A stretch of DNA of 43,646 nucleotides, taken from Octopus bimaculoides (Eukaryota). Below the pieces are notes generated by a model. That model was not told the origin of the DNA. It saw only the letters and a list, made by a program, of their open reading frames with translations, and did no database searches. Position numbers and translations under genes: made by a program. The stretch spans positions 188,633,654-188,677,299 of the forward strand of contig NC_068982.1 of assembly GCF_001194135.2 (NCBI RefSeq), given 5' to 3'. Below, in pieces: positions 12,361 to 24,774 of this stretch. Positions within the stretch are counted from its first letter, which is position 1. The number at the start of each line of letters is the position of its first letter.

Positions 12361-13567
12361 TAATAAATACAGCTTCAAATTTAGAACAAACAGCTTGCTC
12401 AGTAATACATAATTATTTTGTAACATAAACAGAATTTTTTTCTTTTCTTGAATAACCAAATTACAGGTTACAGCAAACAATTGAGAAAACAAAATGACAA
12501 ACCCTGGCAAAAACAAAAACAAGAAGCAAAAAAATATCAAAAATAACAATAACAACAAAAACATCCTTAGAGGAAAAAAAGCACTGACACATTCAAGTAA
12601 ATACATCAAAGAATCAAGCCATTCAAGAAAACCGTTCTTAGCGCCAATAAGCAACAACCAGGGAGGCAGCTACGTGCAACCCACCACCATGCCCTTGGTA
12701 CTGTAAGGCCCTCTCAACCAACATCATTCTTGAATGATGTATATTGGGGACTAATGCTTGGGTTGGACAGACTTTGCTGAAGTAGATTTTCTATGTCCAG
12801 ATGCCTTTCCTGTCACCAACCTTTACCTGTTTCCAAGGAAGGTCATATTTCTCCATATTTTCATGGAAGCTTGGAAACAAAGAACACAGCTTGTTTGATG
12901 GTTACAACTATCACTTGATGGAAAGACAGGGAGGGAGACATGCACACACACACACACACACACAGGCATTGATTTCTAAGGACGTTTTCTACAGTCTATG
13001 GCATTCTAAATAACACATCCAGGTTAGATCGGATGTGCTAATTAATATTCATTGCTAAGGCTGCTTCTGTCACTGTTAGCTAATTTATATGCACACACGC
13101 ATCTGTATGATTTTCTTTGTTTCTTTTTTTTTTTTTACTATCTCCTTGTCATACATTCTGATTAACTCTTCCTAAACTTTAGCAGCCAATAAGCCAAAGG
13201 CAAAACAGCATATTCATTTTATTATAGCCCAGGGCTGTGGTGAACATTTGACCAACGTACCACTCGCTCAAACTGAACCTGAAGTCATAGGGTTGGGAAG
13301 CACACAAGCTGATTAACTCTACATCTAAGCCTGCACTCATTGCATGTTAAAATTCGACTTAATTAATTGCTATGGTATAATAAATCATTTAATAGGGTAA
13401 CGCAGTTTGAAACCACTAATTGATGTGCCTTTCATTTTAGATATTAGATAAGACTCTGCAATGGTAATTTTGTGTTTTTTTTTTTGTTTTGTTTTTTTTA
13501 TTCTAGCCACACATCATGGGTGAAGTTGTTTATTTGTTGAAGTAACTGGTTTTACCATTAGATGTAG

Positions 13568-13745
13568 GCACAGGCATGGCTGTCTGGTAAGAAGCTTGCT
13601 TCCCAACCTCATGGTTCTGGGTTCAATCCCACTGCATAGTACCTTGGGCAAATGTCTTCTACTATATAGCCTCAGGCCAACCAAGCCCATATGAGTCGAC
13701 TTGGTAGACAAAAACTGAAAACTGAAAGAAGCCTGTTTTGTGTGT
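13568..13745 (+). mobile_element. Family B SINE 5' half
   Basis: aggcacaggcatggctgtctggtaagaagc head. Confidence 0.8.
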
Positions 13746-14112
13746 GTCTCAGACAGTGAGATTCCTCGATAATCCCTAGAGAGCTTCCTGTATCAGGAGT
13801 GCAACCTCTCTATCAGCCTCCTCACCACTTTTTTTTCTGAAACCTTTGTATGCGATGCATATGTCCCTTCTTTTTCAGTGTATAACCGTCTATACTTTTT
13901 TATCATTTCATTATATTTAAACCCCCAACTCTTTATGTCAGTCTGTTTTGTCCCCCTCATCCTTCACCCTCGTGACAAATAAATGAAATCCTTATTATTA
14001 GTGTCTACCACAAATGCAGGTCCAAATATCTTATTCACTGTGTGCAAAATAAAATAAATTCATTATTATAGGCATTTCCCCTTTATAAAAGTATCTTTCT
14101 ATACAGCTCTAG

Positions 14113-14151
<39 letters not shown>

Positions 14152-14656
14152 ATTGTTATATACATGGCTCTACTTATGACTACTCATTGATATTAAATGT
14201 TTTCTCTTGTACATTGAATATCTCCAACTTGCATATCCAGTTTTAGATGTCAAATTGTACATAAAAGGCAGAGTGCAATAGTAATTTGCCTCGCTTTTTT
14301 CTTTACATAATATCTTTTATTGTTTACTTGTGGCAGTCGTTGGACTGTGGCCATGCTGGAGTACTCACTGCCTTGAAAGGTTTTAGTCAAGACCTACTTA
14401 CTCTATCAGTATCTTGCCGAACTGCTAAATTACAAGGGCATAAACAAACCAACACTGGTTAATAGTTATTAAGGCAGTTATTTATAAGTTTGGTAGTTAT
14501 TTATATTTATATATTTTTGGAGATGTACTTGCATAGCAAGTGACCTGATCTGAGATTGTGTGCTGGAACAAAAACAATTGCGGCGTGGAAGGTGTTTAGA
14601 AGCCATTTAAAATAACACACAAAAACCATTAGATTCACTTCAACATTTAAATTTAA

Positions 14657-14707
14657 TTTGCCAAAATATTTTCCTCGCTTTGAGACCGCGACCTGTTCAC
14701 TGACAAA
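14657..14707 (-). ncRNA. Possible hammerhead variant with G3-C8 core (GUGAACA)
   Basis: Minus strand: UUUGUCA-GUGAACA-G-GUCGC(ggucucaaa)GCGAG-GAAAA-UA-UUU-UGGCAAA. 7-bp stem I and palindromic AAAAUAUUUU. Confidence 0.35.
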
Positions 14708-14795
14708 ATTCTGTGCTGCATTTGTTATATAATTTTGAGTATAAATAGTTTATTTATTATTGTGGATGTACATATGATAACTTGTGATTGCCCAC

Positions 14796-15035
14796 GGGCA
14801 TATGGCGTAGTGGTTAATAGCACAGGCTACTAACCCCAAGATTCTGAGTTCGATTCCAGGCAGTGACCTGATTAATAATAATAATAATAATAACAACAAC
14901 ATAGAAAAATACCTTAGGAATGAGAACCCAGGTTCGAAATTTCCCCAAGACACCTGATGAAGGCTGGAGGGTATATCAGCCGAAACTGTGTGTTAACAAC
15001 AAACAAGATAAGGACAGATATGTCAAATGTAAATA
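14796..15035 (+). mobile_element. tRNA-headed short element: Pol III head, (AAT)n, hammerhead-containing 3' module
   Basis: Box A TGGCGTAGTGG, box B GAGTTCGATTCC, (AAT)n at ~14872-14895, then the motif at 14949. Confidence 0.6.
14949..14994 (+). ncRNA. Hammerhead-like motif with degenerate cleavage triplet
   Basis: GACAC-CUGAUGA-A-GGCUG(gagggu auau)CAGCC-GAAAC-UGU-GUGUU. Stem I GACAC/GUGUU and a 5-bp stem II; UGU stands where GUH is expected. Confidence 0.5.
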
Positions 15036-15679
15036 ATATATTAATTCTTGCATATATTATATCTTTAGATATGTTGTTATTGAAATAATGATAAAATATC
15101 AATATTGATTTGTTGTGTAGTATTATAGAATATCAGGTTGTCAGGTGGTGTGGTGGGGACAAACATGCCTTCTGCACCATTTTCATCTGTCAAATCCACT
15201 CACAAGACATTGGGTCAGGTCAGGGACTGAACCAAAAACCACAGAGCTGCAAAGTGAGCTCGTTAACTACACAGATATCTTAAAAAGAAAAGTGGTTTTC
15301 CTTGTTATTTATCTCTCCTCACCTGCCCTCAATGACTAATTTATGATCAAAGATTTCCAACATGTAAAGCACCCTGTCTCCTTGTTTTTAACCCCATGCC
15401 CCCAGACTGCCTTATCAAATGTATCCTATTTTGAAGACCGGGGAATCTGGCTGCTATTTCTGCCTGCTCTAGTAACTACATAGCTTCAAATAAACTGAGG
15501 ATAGACATTAGATTTGGACTCTGCTCCCACCAAATCATATCTTAGATTTATAATTATATAATAATGTGTTACAGACTTACGTTTGCAATGATAAATAAAT
15601 AAATAAATAAATAAATACAGTCATGTTAGGTTAATATTTTCACTAAAACTGACTAAAAACTTCTCTTTTATCTCTTTTA

Positions 15680-15864
15680 CTTATTTCAGTCATTAGACTG
15701 CGGCCATGCTGGGGCACTGCCTTGAAGAATTTTTAGTTGAACTAATCAACCACAAATTTTTTTTTTTAAACTAGCATTTATTCTGTCAGTCCTTTTTGCT
15801 GAACCACTAAGTTATGTGGATGTAAACTTACCAACACTTGTCAAGGAGTGGGGGTGGGGGACAA

Positions 15865-15935
<71 letters not shown>

Positions 15936-16040
15936 ATAGGTTTCTTTCAGTTTCCATCCATCAAATCTACTCACATGTGGTGGGACTGAACTCAGAATGA
16001 TGTGGTTGGGAAGCAAACTTCTTACCACCCTGCCGACACC
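15680..16040 (-). mobile_element. Family B SINE with long (CA)n
   Basis: Reverse complement of tail, microsatellite and head. Confidence 0.75.
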
Positions 16041-16109
16041 TGCATTCCAACACCCAAATGAAAATAAAAACAAACCTTCCTCACTCAGAAAAACTTTTTA
16101 TTCTACCAT

Positions 16110-16505
16110 AGTCGTGGCCAATGCCAGTGCCACCTGACTGGCACATAAAAACACCATTCAAGTATGGCCGTTACCTGTGCTGGTGGCACATAAAAAGCAC
16201 CATTTGAGCGTGGCCGATGCCAGTGCTGCCTGACTGGCACCCGTGCCGGTGGCTTGTGTAAAAAGCATCATTCAAGTGTGGCCGATGCCAGTACTGCCTG
16301 ACTGGCTCCCATGCTGGTGGTACATAACAAAAGCAGCCACTACACTCTTGGAGTGGTTGGCGTGAGGAAGAGCATCCAGCTGTAGAAACCTTGCCAAATC
16401 AGATTGGAGAGCCTGGTGCAACCTCCCAACTTGCCAGTTCTCAGTCAAATCATCCAACTCATGCCAGCATGGAAAGCGGACATTAAACGACAATGATGAT
16501 GATGA
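16110..16505 (+). repeat. RTE 3' UTR with four subrepeats
   Basis: Direct similarity to 11380-11805. Confidence 0.9.
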
Positions 16506-16902
16506 AGGCTTATCAAACTTTTTATTCGAAGAAGGGCCTGGATGGGAATCAACAGATGGTATTGCCAGATGAATTGCAGGATCTAGCCAATAAGCTAAAA
16601 AATCAATGCTTTTTAAATCACAAAGACCAGTTAACAATCTGTTGAGTAGCAGTTGTACTTTTGAAATCATGAATGCAAGGAGCACACAATCTAGTTGGAA
16701 CATTAGCATGGCTTCATCAATTATTACCATCATCATCATTTTAGACCGACTTTTTTATGCATGCATGGGTCAGATAAAACTTGTCAAGGTAGAATTCCTG
16801 TGCTCAAATGCCCTTCTTGTTGCCAACCCTCTCCCGATTCCCAGTTTCCAAGTAAAGTAACATTTCTTTACAACTAGACATGTTTTTCACAGACTGACTT
16901 CT

Positions 16903-17070
16903 GTGCCGGTGGCACATAAAAAGCACCACCCGGAGTGGTTGGCGTTAGGAAGGGCATCCAGCTGTAGAAACTTTGCCAGATCAGACTGGAGCCTGGTGCA
17001 GCCTTCTACCTCGCCAGTCATCTGTCCAACCCATGCCAGCATGGAAAACGGACGTTAAACGATGATGATG
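16903..17070 (+). repeat. RTE 3' UTR fragment (one subrepeat)
   Basis: Core and aaacgatgatgatg tail. Confidence 0.9.
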
Positions 17071-17073
17071 GTA

Positions 17074-17119
<46 letters not shown>

Positions 17120-17669
17120 ATTATATATATATATATATATGTATGAGAGAGAGAGTGGGGGGGGGGTCAGTCTGTAAGAAAGTCAATAGTTATTATATCG
17201 TATTTTTACTGTGACATAATTAGTACTGAATGTCATGAAAGTACAGCTGTTGGAGGAGTGTGAGCGAGGAAGCAGAATAAAGTCTAGCACTGTTGGTAAT
17301 AAAAGTATTTTTATGAGCTGTGTGTGAAAATGTGACTTTTATGGCACTTATTCTAGAAAATCTAAAACGGTTAAGATAAAAAGCTAAGCTTTGTTTCGGC
17401 ATTTTGCGACTGTGTGTACACAAATGCATGCATTCACACACACACACACACACACAGAAGTGACTAAATTGGTATGAATATGGTGGCTACTGTATACAGT
17501 TTTCATTGGGTGATCATCGTTTTAACGTCCACTTTTCCCTGCTTGCATAGGTTGGCCTGAGTTTATTGAGGCAGATTTTCAACAGCCTGACCCTTACCTT
17601 TTCGCAGGCAATGTAATATTTCACCATGCCCAGGCATATTTTTCATGGAATATTGGAAGTCTACCAGGC

Positions 17670-18000
17670 TGACTTCGCTGGTCCAGAACTGAACCAAAGA
17701 TCCCACCTTCTCCATCTAGAATAAGGACCCAGTACATTAACAGCTTGCATTTCATGGGACCACAAATGTTCAACATTCTGCCAAACAACTTCAGAGATTT
17801 TCAAGCTGTAAAATGTGGAAGTCTTCAAAGAGCATCTGGACTAATTTCTAAGATACCAGATGAACCCACATTGTGGAAGAGGCACAAAGAGGAGCAACTA
17901 ACCCGACTCACTACTCACTACAGATAAGAAATTCGAACCCACTGAAAGATGGTGCTCCAGCTTAGCCTCAGCCTTTAGCTGAAACCAATAAAAGATAAAG
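17670..18000 (+). mobile_element. CR1-group LINE 3' end (second family)
   Basis: SRIRTQYINSLHFMGPQMFNILP...SKIPDEPT followed by a tail ending ctgaaaccaataaaagataaag. Confidence 0.65.
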
Positions 18001-18116
18001 TTAAGAAATAGGAATAATGCATAAGTGATTAAACTGATCCTATTTCTCTTTGTCATTTTGTATATTTATACAGTACAGCATGTACTTTTACAAACATCTA
18101 ATATACTAAATGTATA

Positions 18117-18870
18117 TCATCATCATCATCGTTTAACATCCGTTTTCCATGCTGGCATGGGCTGGACAGTTTGACTGGGGTCTGGGAAGTCAAGAGGCTG
18201 CACCAGGCCCCAATTTGATCTGGCAGTGTTTCTACAGCTAGATGCCTTTCCTCATGCCAACCACTCCGAAAGTGTAGTGGGTGCTTTTTATGTGCCACCG
18301 GCACAGGGGCCAGAGAAGCTGGCATCAACCATGATCAGATGGTGCTTTTTGCATGCCACCAGTACGGAAACCAGTTAAAGCAGCATTGGCATCGGCCACG
18401 TTTGGATGGTGCTTTTTACATGCCACCGGCACAAGGGTTACTACTACAATTTCCATTTGATTTGATGTTGATGTATTTGACTGAACAGGTCTCCTCAAGC
18501 ACGGATGTCACCCTACGATCCAAAGGAACTTTTGAGTGGACTGGTTATGTGACACTGGTGTAGGTTACAGCTGTGGACTCACTTTATTTGCCGGGTTTTC
18601 TCAGTCACAGTATACCTCCAGAGGTCTCGATCTTTTGCCATTGCCTCTGTGAGGCCCAACGTTCGAAGGTCATGTTTCACCACCTCATCTCGTCTTCCTG
18701 GGTCTCCCTCTACCCCAGATTCCTTCCACTTTTTGGCAGTGGCACTTCTTCACACAGCTCTCCTCATCCATCCGCAGTACATGACCATACCAATGCAAAC
18801 GTATCTCTTGCATGCCACATCTGATGCTTCTTATGTCTAACATTTCTCTCGGGCTGCTTACACTCTGTCG
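18117..18870 (-). mobile_element. RTE LINE 3' end: RT C-terminus, 3' UTR and (GAT)n tail
   Basis: RLHWYGHVLRMDEESCVKKC...GRGRPRKT..DEVVKHDL..DRDLWR, stop, then subrepeat UTR and aaacgatgatgatg. Confidence 0.9.
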
Positions 18871-19179
18871 TGTGTGAATGGTGCAACAATTTATATTATA
18901 GAGAAACTTGTAATCATTTACAAAACTTTTTAATGTTTAAATTCTTTTACAATTCAATGACAGGAGTCACTGATGCCAAAGAAGTTTCTTCATGAAGAAA
19001 TTCACTTCGTTTCACAGTGATGACATTTACGTTGACGATGATAAGGAGATGACAACGTAATCAAGATTGACGATGATGAATTTGGGGTTGATCTTGATGA
19101 GATTGAAGTGAAGAGGGGAAACCATGTATGACCGTTTAGCATTCAAACGTAATGCTTATTTATTCACTGACATTGGCCA

Positions 19180-19570
19180 CTTTGCCTCTGTGAGGCCCAA
19201 TGCTCAGAAGGTGCTTTTCATGTGCCACCAGCATGGGTGTCATGTCACTGGCATGTAAAAAGCATATTTTGAGCGTTGGGCCTCACAGAGGCAATGACTG
19301 AGACCTTTGGCTTTATGCCATGTTTGAGAAGAAGACCCATCAAGCCAAGTAAAATCGCAGTCTTGGCACATACCAGTGTCTTGGAAAAGGCATGTAAAAG
19401 CACCCATTACATTGTTGGTGCGGTTGGCATTAGGAAGGTCATCCAGTCATAGAAACCATGCCAAATCGGATTGGAGTCTGGTGCAGCTTCCAGCTTGTCA
19501 GCCCTGGTCGAACCATCAAACCCATACCAGCATGGACAACAAATGCAAAATGATGATTATTATTATTATT
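19180..19570 (+). repeat. RTE 3' end with 5' foldback
   Basis: Coding-end segment, core, tail; inverted copy at the 5' side. Confidence 0.75.
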
Positions 19571-19804
19571 GTTTTGAATTAATTGTGGTTTATATCTTAG
19601 CTTTGTGATTTTGATGATATGATTGTTTATTTTTAGAGTGGCATTGTAGGGTAGGTGTGAAAGGCTGGATCTGGCCATTTTTAATGTGAAAGGATCAAAG
19701 AAGTTAAAGAATTTGTTGAAGGTTTTGCTACTACTTTCAGACAGTTAGATAACAAGTTGTGTTGGATCTTGTGCTTATGACATCTTTGCAGTATGGAATT
19801 TTAT

Positions 19805-20150
19805 CTTGTTTCATTCAGTCTGTGGCCATGCTGGGACACCGTCATGATGAATGTTTAGTCAAATGAATCAACTCCAGTATTTCTTTCTATCCTGGTATTT
19901 ATTCTATTGGTCTTCTTTGCCAAACTGCCAAGTTATGGGAACATAAACAAACTAGCACTGGTTGTCAAGCGATGATGGGGGACAGACACAGATGCAGAGG
20001 CACACACATACATATGTAGATACACAATGGGCTTCTTTCAGTTTCCATTTACCAAATCCACTCACAAGGTTTTAGTCAGCCCAAGGTTATCATAGAAGAC
20101 ACTTGCCCAACAAGTTATGCAGTGGGAATGAACCAGGAACCATGTTTATT
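19805..20150 (-). mobile_element. Family B SINE
   Basis: Reverse complement similarity to 25618-26018. Confidence 0.75.
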
Positions 20151-20296
20151 TATTGTTTAATTACCAATGTTAATCTTCCAACTGAAATTCTTTAATTAAT
20201 ACTTTTGTTACCATATTTGTTGAAATACTCTGTCATTTCCAAAATAAATGGAAACAAAGCCAAAGAAGTTAATAAAATAAAATCTGTCATTGTTAA

Positions 20297-20516
20297 CCCT
20301 TTAGCATTTAAACCGGCCATATCCGTCCGAGAGTATTCTGTTTGTTTTATGTTCAAACTGGCCAAATCTGGTCTCTCACACCAACCCTACAATATCATTT
20401 TAAAAATTAACAGTTACCTCATTGAAATCTCATAGCTACAAGATAATGCATGATTAGTTCAAAACAATGTGGATGAAAAAGCATTAATTTGGTAGAATAA
20501 TGCAAGCACTAAAGGG
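20297..20516. mobile_element. piggyBac-type MITE
   Basis: TTAA-CCCTTTAG...CTAAAGGG-TTAA (TTAA TSD, 8-bp TIR). Confidence 0.75.
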
Positions 20517-21464
20517 TTAAGCTACTGTTTTTAGAACATAAATTGGTATGAAAATTCAGTAGAATTGCACTCAAACAGGAAGTTTGTATGATAGAACCAG
20601 GAGCATTCTGGGGCAGGTTAGTTCCAAAAGGGTTAATAAATACAGTGCAAAACTTTTAATAAGATATACTTGCAAAATATTGTTGTTTTGAGAGTCATTA
20701 TACCACTGATAACACATGCACTGGTTCAATATCACTTCGTTATTATTAGTCAGTTGGTTAACTATCTAACCAACTAACTAATCAATCATTTGTTTAATGT
20801 GATGGTTAAACAATCGATTGTTTTTTCAGTCAAAGTCCTTTCATCGTTATTTGTCATGTTTGTAATGACTTGCCCTTTCCCTTCAAGGTCTTCCCCGAGT
20901 CTGTCCAAGAATTGGTTTTATGCTTGTGTGTATGTAGATGTGTATTTGCTTAGAAGAGAAGGCAAGAGTGTGAAAGTAACCAATTGACTAACAAAGAAGT
21001 GATATTGAACTAGTGCATGTGTTATTATTGGTGTAAAACCCTCCCAAGATACAACAAGATTTGTTTCAACACATAAATTCACATCAAGAATCCTGCAGAC
21101 CAAATAGAAAAATAATGTAAAATATTATTGTTCAATAATTCAGCTGTTTAACAAAGATGACAAAATAGGTTGGAAGTTGACTTGTTATTCCAAAGGTTGA
21201 CAGTACGTATTGTCAGCAGAACTGTTGTGTTGCTAAGGTCAAGACATTCAATTCTCATTTAGGAGTTATAGTTCAGTTTGAACAGCAGTTTCACTGTATC
21301 ATTTGTGTTTTGTTAATGTTAAGGTAGTGAGCTCAAACCTGTTGATGGAGAAAGGAAGACAACATGTTTCAAGTTTCCCATTGACTCGCTGTCACCATCA
21401 GTTCAGTAACTGTTCACTTGTTGCACCATCAAGAATCTCTCTAAGCCTTTCATTTCCATATTTG

Positions 21465-22065
21465 TGTTGAGTCAAAAGTTTTGCCATATTTTGGTGCAGG
21501 AAGTGAGCTATGGATTGGCACGAGTAACCCTTGAAGGGAGACATTTTTCCACACTTCCTAACATGCATAAGCTGTAGTGAAGCCAGAGCCAGCTTCTGGA
21601 ACCTGTTGCCAAACATAGGCATTTCAAAGACAGGGTGATGTTCTGTGTCTGATGGAATTACGAGTGGATGATTCACTACGAGGTCATTTTGGACGGTTGA
21701 ACCATCAATGCCAACAGGTGGAGTGCATGTGTGCCATTATGTAGCAAAAGTACTCAGCATTGGTTAACGGAAAATGAGCTCTTCAGCAGCAAGACCTCAT
21801 ACTGCTTGAATGACCTGGAATAAACTCCCAGCATATTATCCAGTCCATGGCTCACGTCATCAACCAAGAGGAGGTGGAAGCTTCAGTGAAGGATTTCTTC
21901 ACCTCAAAGGACAAGAACTGGTATCAGTGTGGGATCAAATAAATGGCAGAAAAGTGGCTTCAGATGGTGCAACACGATGGCTTCTACTTTGAATTCTAGG
22001 CTGCTTTTGTTATAACTTGATGAATAAAGCAAATAAGTTACTGAAACTTCTTTGACACAATAAAT
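21465..22065 (+). mobile_element. Second, more deleted copy of the foldback mariner family
   Basis: RVMFCV*WNYEW...TINAN and EEVEASVKDFFTSKDKNWYQCGIK*MAEKWLQMVQHDGFYFEF* (stop 21997-21999). Starts with the same terminal inverted sequence. Confidence 0.8.
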
Positions 22066-22146
22066 ACACTGCCATTGTTTCAATTAATTTTAGAAATAAT
22101 GACGACTTTTAAAAACAATGACTGTGTCGTTATTAATCTGATGTTT

Positions 22147-22320
22147 AAGGCAGCGAGCTGGCAGAATCGTCAGCACGCTGGACGAAATGCTCAGCGGTAT
22201 TTTGCCCGTCACTACATTCTGAGTTCAAATTCCGCCGAGGTCGACTTTGCCTTTCATCCTTTCGAGGTCAATAAAATAAGTACAATTTGAACACTGGGGT
22301 CGATGTAATCGACTCATCAC
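22147..22320 (+). mobile_element. SINE family C
   Basis: Direct match to 7146-7320. Confidence 0.8.
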
Positions 22321-22929
22321 CCCTACCTCCCCCAAGCTGCCTTTCTGACAAAAATTTGAAATAATTATTAATCTGGTTAATCTTGGAACTTAAAAACCTA
22401 TCAAAATTACATATTGATTGAATTTAGATCCCTTTTTCAAGTAGGATGTTTTGTATCATGGAACCAAGGACAGTCTTAGATGAGTTGGTGTCAAAAGAGT
22501 TAATATCTGTTTAATTGAGCAGCAATGGATATAAAACAAATTATTTATTCCAACTGAGATTAGTTTTCAGGAAACAAATCTGTATTTTGCTTTGTTTTGG
22601 GGTTTTTTTTTTTTTTTTTTTCCATCCAGAACTCGATTAAAAGACATCATTAGATAATTGCCCTGTAACTGGAACCACCGACCCCTGCTCCTGCTTAGTG
22701 TTCCAACACAGTCATCTTTAGTCATACTAGTTGTTTCTACTGTCAGCAGGTGCAACGATGAAACCTCCCACGTCTTAAAGCAAATGCACACCTTGTGCAC
22801 CAGTCCAAGCTCTGATGCTAACAGGAAATAAACGGTAAAACATGAAGACAACATTGTTACCACCTGCCTAACTTCACTAGGGCCACATCAATGGCTGTAT
22901 AAAATAGGAGAGGTTTTAAAACCAAGATC

Positions 22930-23215
22930 ATAGCTGTGGCCAGTGCCCCCTGACTGGCTCCCATTCTGGTGGCACATTAAAAGCACTATCCAAATGTGGC
23001 CGATGCTATTGCCCCCTGACTGGCTCCCATGCTAGTGGCATGAAAAAGGCACCCACTACACTCTCTGAGTGGTTGGCGTTAGGAAGGGCATCCAGCTGTA
23101 GAAACTCTGCCAGATCAGATTGGAGCCTGGTGCAGCCGCTGACTTTCCAGTCCTCAGTCAAACTGTCCAACCCATGCCAGCATAGAAAACAGACGTTAAT
23201 CGATGATGATGATGT
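22930..23215 (+). repeat. RTE 3' UTR with two subrepeats
   Basis: Core and tail. Confidence 0.9.
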
Positions 23216-23291
23216 TTAAGTCCAGGCCAGCATTGATTGAGCAGATCTTTGATCAAAGGTTTTCCACCTGTGACCTTTTTCTCTATGTGCA

Positions 23292-23600
23292 GGCATGGCT
23301 GTGTGGTAAGAAGTTTGCTTCCTCGCCATATGGTTCCTAGTTCAATCCCACTGCATGGCACCTTCTACTATAGATTTCGGCTGACCAAAGCTTTGTGAGT
23401 GGATTTTCCAGATGAAAACTGAAAGAAGCCTGTCATATGCGTGTGTCTTTGTGTCTGTGTTTGTCTCCCACCACAGCTTGACAACTGGTGTTGGTGTGTT
23501 TACATCCTTGTAACTGAGCTGTTTGGCAAAAAGACCAATGGAAAATACACCAGGTTAAAAATAACAAAAAAGGTGGTGCTCCAGCATGGCTGCATTCCAA
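23292..23600 (+). mobile_element. Family B SINE (decayed)
   Basis: Head, body and ggtgctccagcatgg tail. Confidence 0.8.
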
Positions 23601-24198
23601 AGACACTCTACAGAATTTGGCTGTTATTTCTAGCAGACCTCTTATCAGTCAAGATGAGTGGGAGGCTGCTGTTTTGTGGACTCCTCCGTTGTATACAGAT
23701 TGAAAAAAGAATAGTAGAACATAAGAAGGGAAAATGCTTTTCATGTGTGACCCGGCTGATGCCTGGTGACATAAGTCTCTATAGTCTTAATTATTAATAT
23801 AATACGACAGTGTTACTATTGGGTTGTTTCCTTCTTTTAATTGCAATGGAGGAGTTTAATATGCTTTTTATGAAAATGAGTAACCATTGTGCTGAATAGA
23901 AAACATAAAGCTACTCATTAATCACCTGACCTGCATACATACACACATACACACACACATACATACACACACACGTACACACATATACACGTGCATGCAG
24001 TTTCCACTTCTGGCACCCCTTCACCTCCTTCCCCCTATCACTTGGTATTTCGTCGCTGCTGATTGCTTATCAACTTGCTTTCAATTTAGATTGTCCATTT
24101 CAACTGTGCTACAACTGTAGCAAAATCTCTGCAGAAGTTTACATAGCTATCGGGGGGGGGGTGCATATATATGTATGTATGTGTATAAGTATGTATGT

Positions 24199-24208
24199 NN
24201 NNNNNNNN
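24199..24208. other. Assembly gap
   Basis: N run. Confidence 1.
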
Positions 24209-24219
24209 GTATGTATGTG

Positions 24220-24261
<42 letters not shown>

Positions 24262-24774
24262 TGTATGTATGTACGTATATGCATATTTATATAGTAGGTG
24301 ATAAGTGTTTAAGAAGTTTATTTCCCTCTTACATGGTTTCAGGGTCACTACCACTGTATGGTGCAGTCAATGAAAACTGAAAGATGTGCACCATATATGT
24401 TTTGTGTGAGGGAGAGAAAGAGTTTGTCTCTTTGTCTTGAAACTGCGCAGTAATGGCATACAAGCAGTGTTGTTTTTTTCCCAATCATCTACTGAAACCT
24501 GACCAGCCACTGGGAAGTAGTACAAGTGAGGGTTGGGGACAGAAAGGACCTTCAACTGTAGAAATTCTCAGGGATTTCTGTCTGACCCATGCAAGCATAG
24601 GAATTGGACATTAAAACAATGACCCCTCTCTCTCTCTCTCTTGCTCTCTCTTACATGCCTGCTGTCTCCCTGTCTCTCCCCCCTGCTTTTCCTTCAGGTT
24701 AACTAACTATGTATCTCCTTTACAGCAGCACACCTGTTTTCTGTGTTCATCTCTCTCTCTCTCTCTCTCTCTCT

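Noticed and set aside
14796-14870. tRNA gene (also SINE heads at 25618 and 26330-26400)
   Set aside because: Only box A/B similarity; no acceptor stem, and each continues into a repeat body.
18940-19130. Acidic stretch resembling a piggyBac N-terminus
   Set aside because: Interrupted by stops; no TIR/TSD or catalytic motif.
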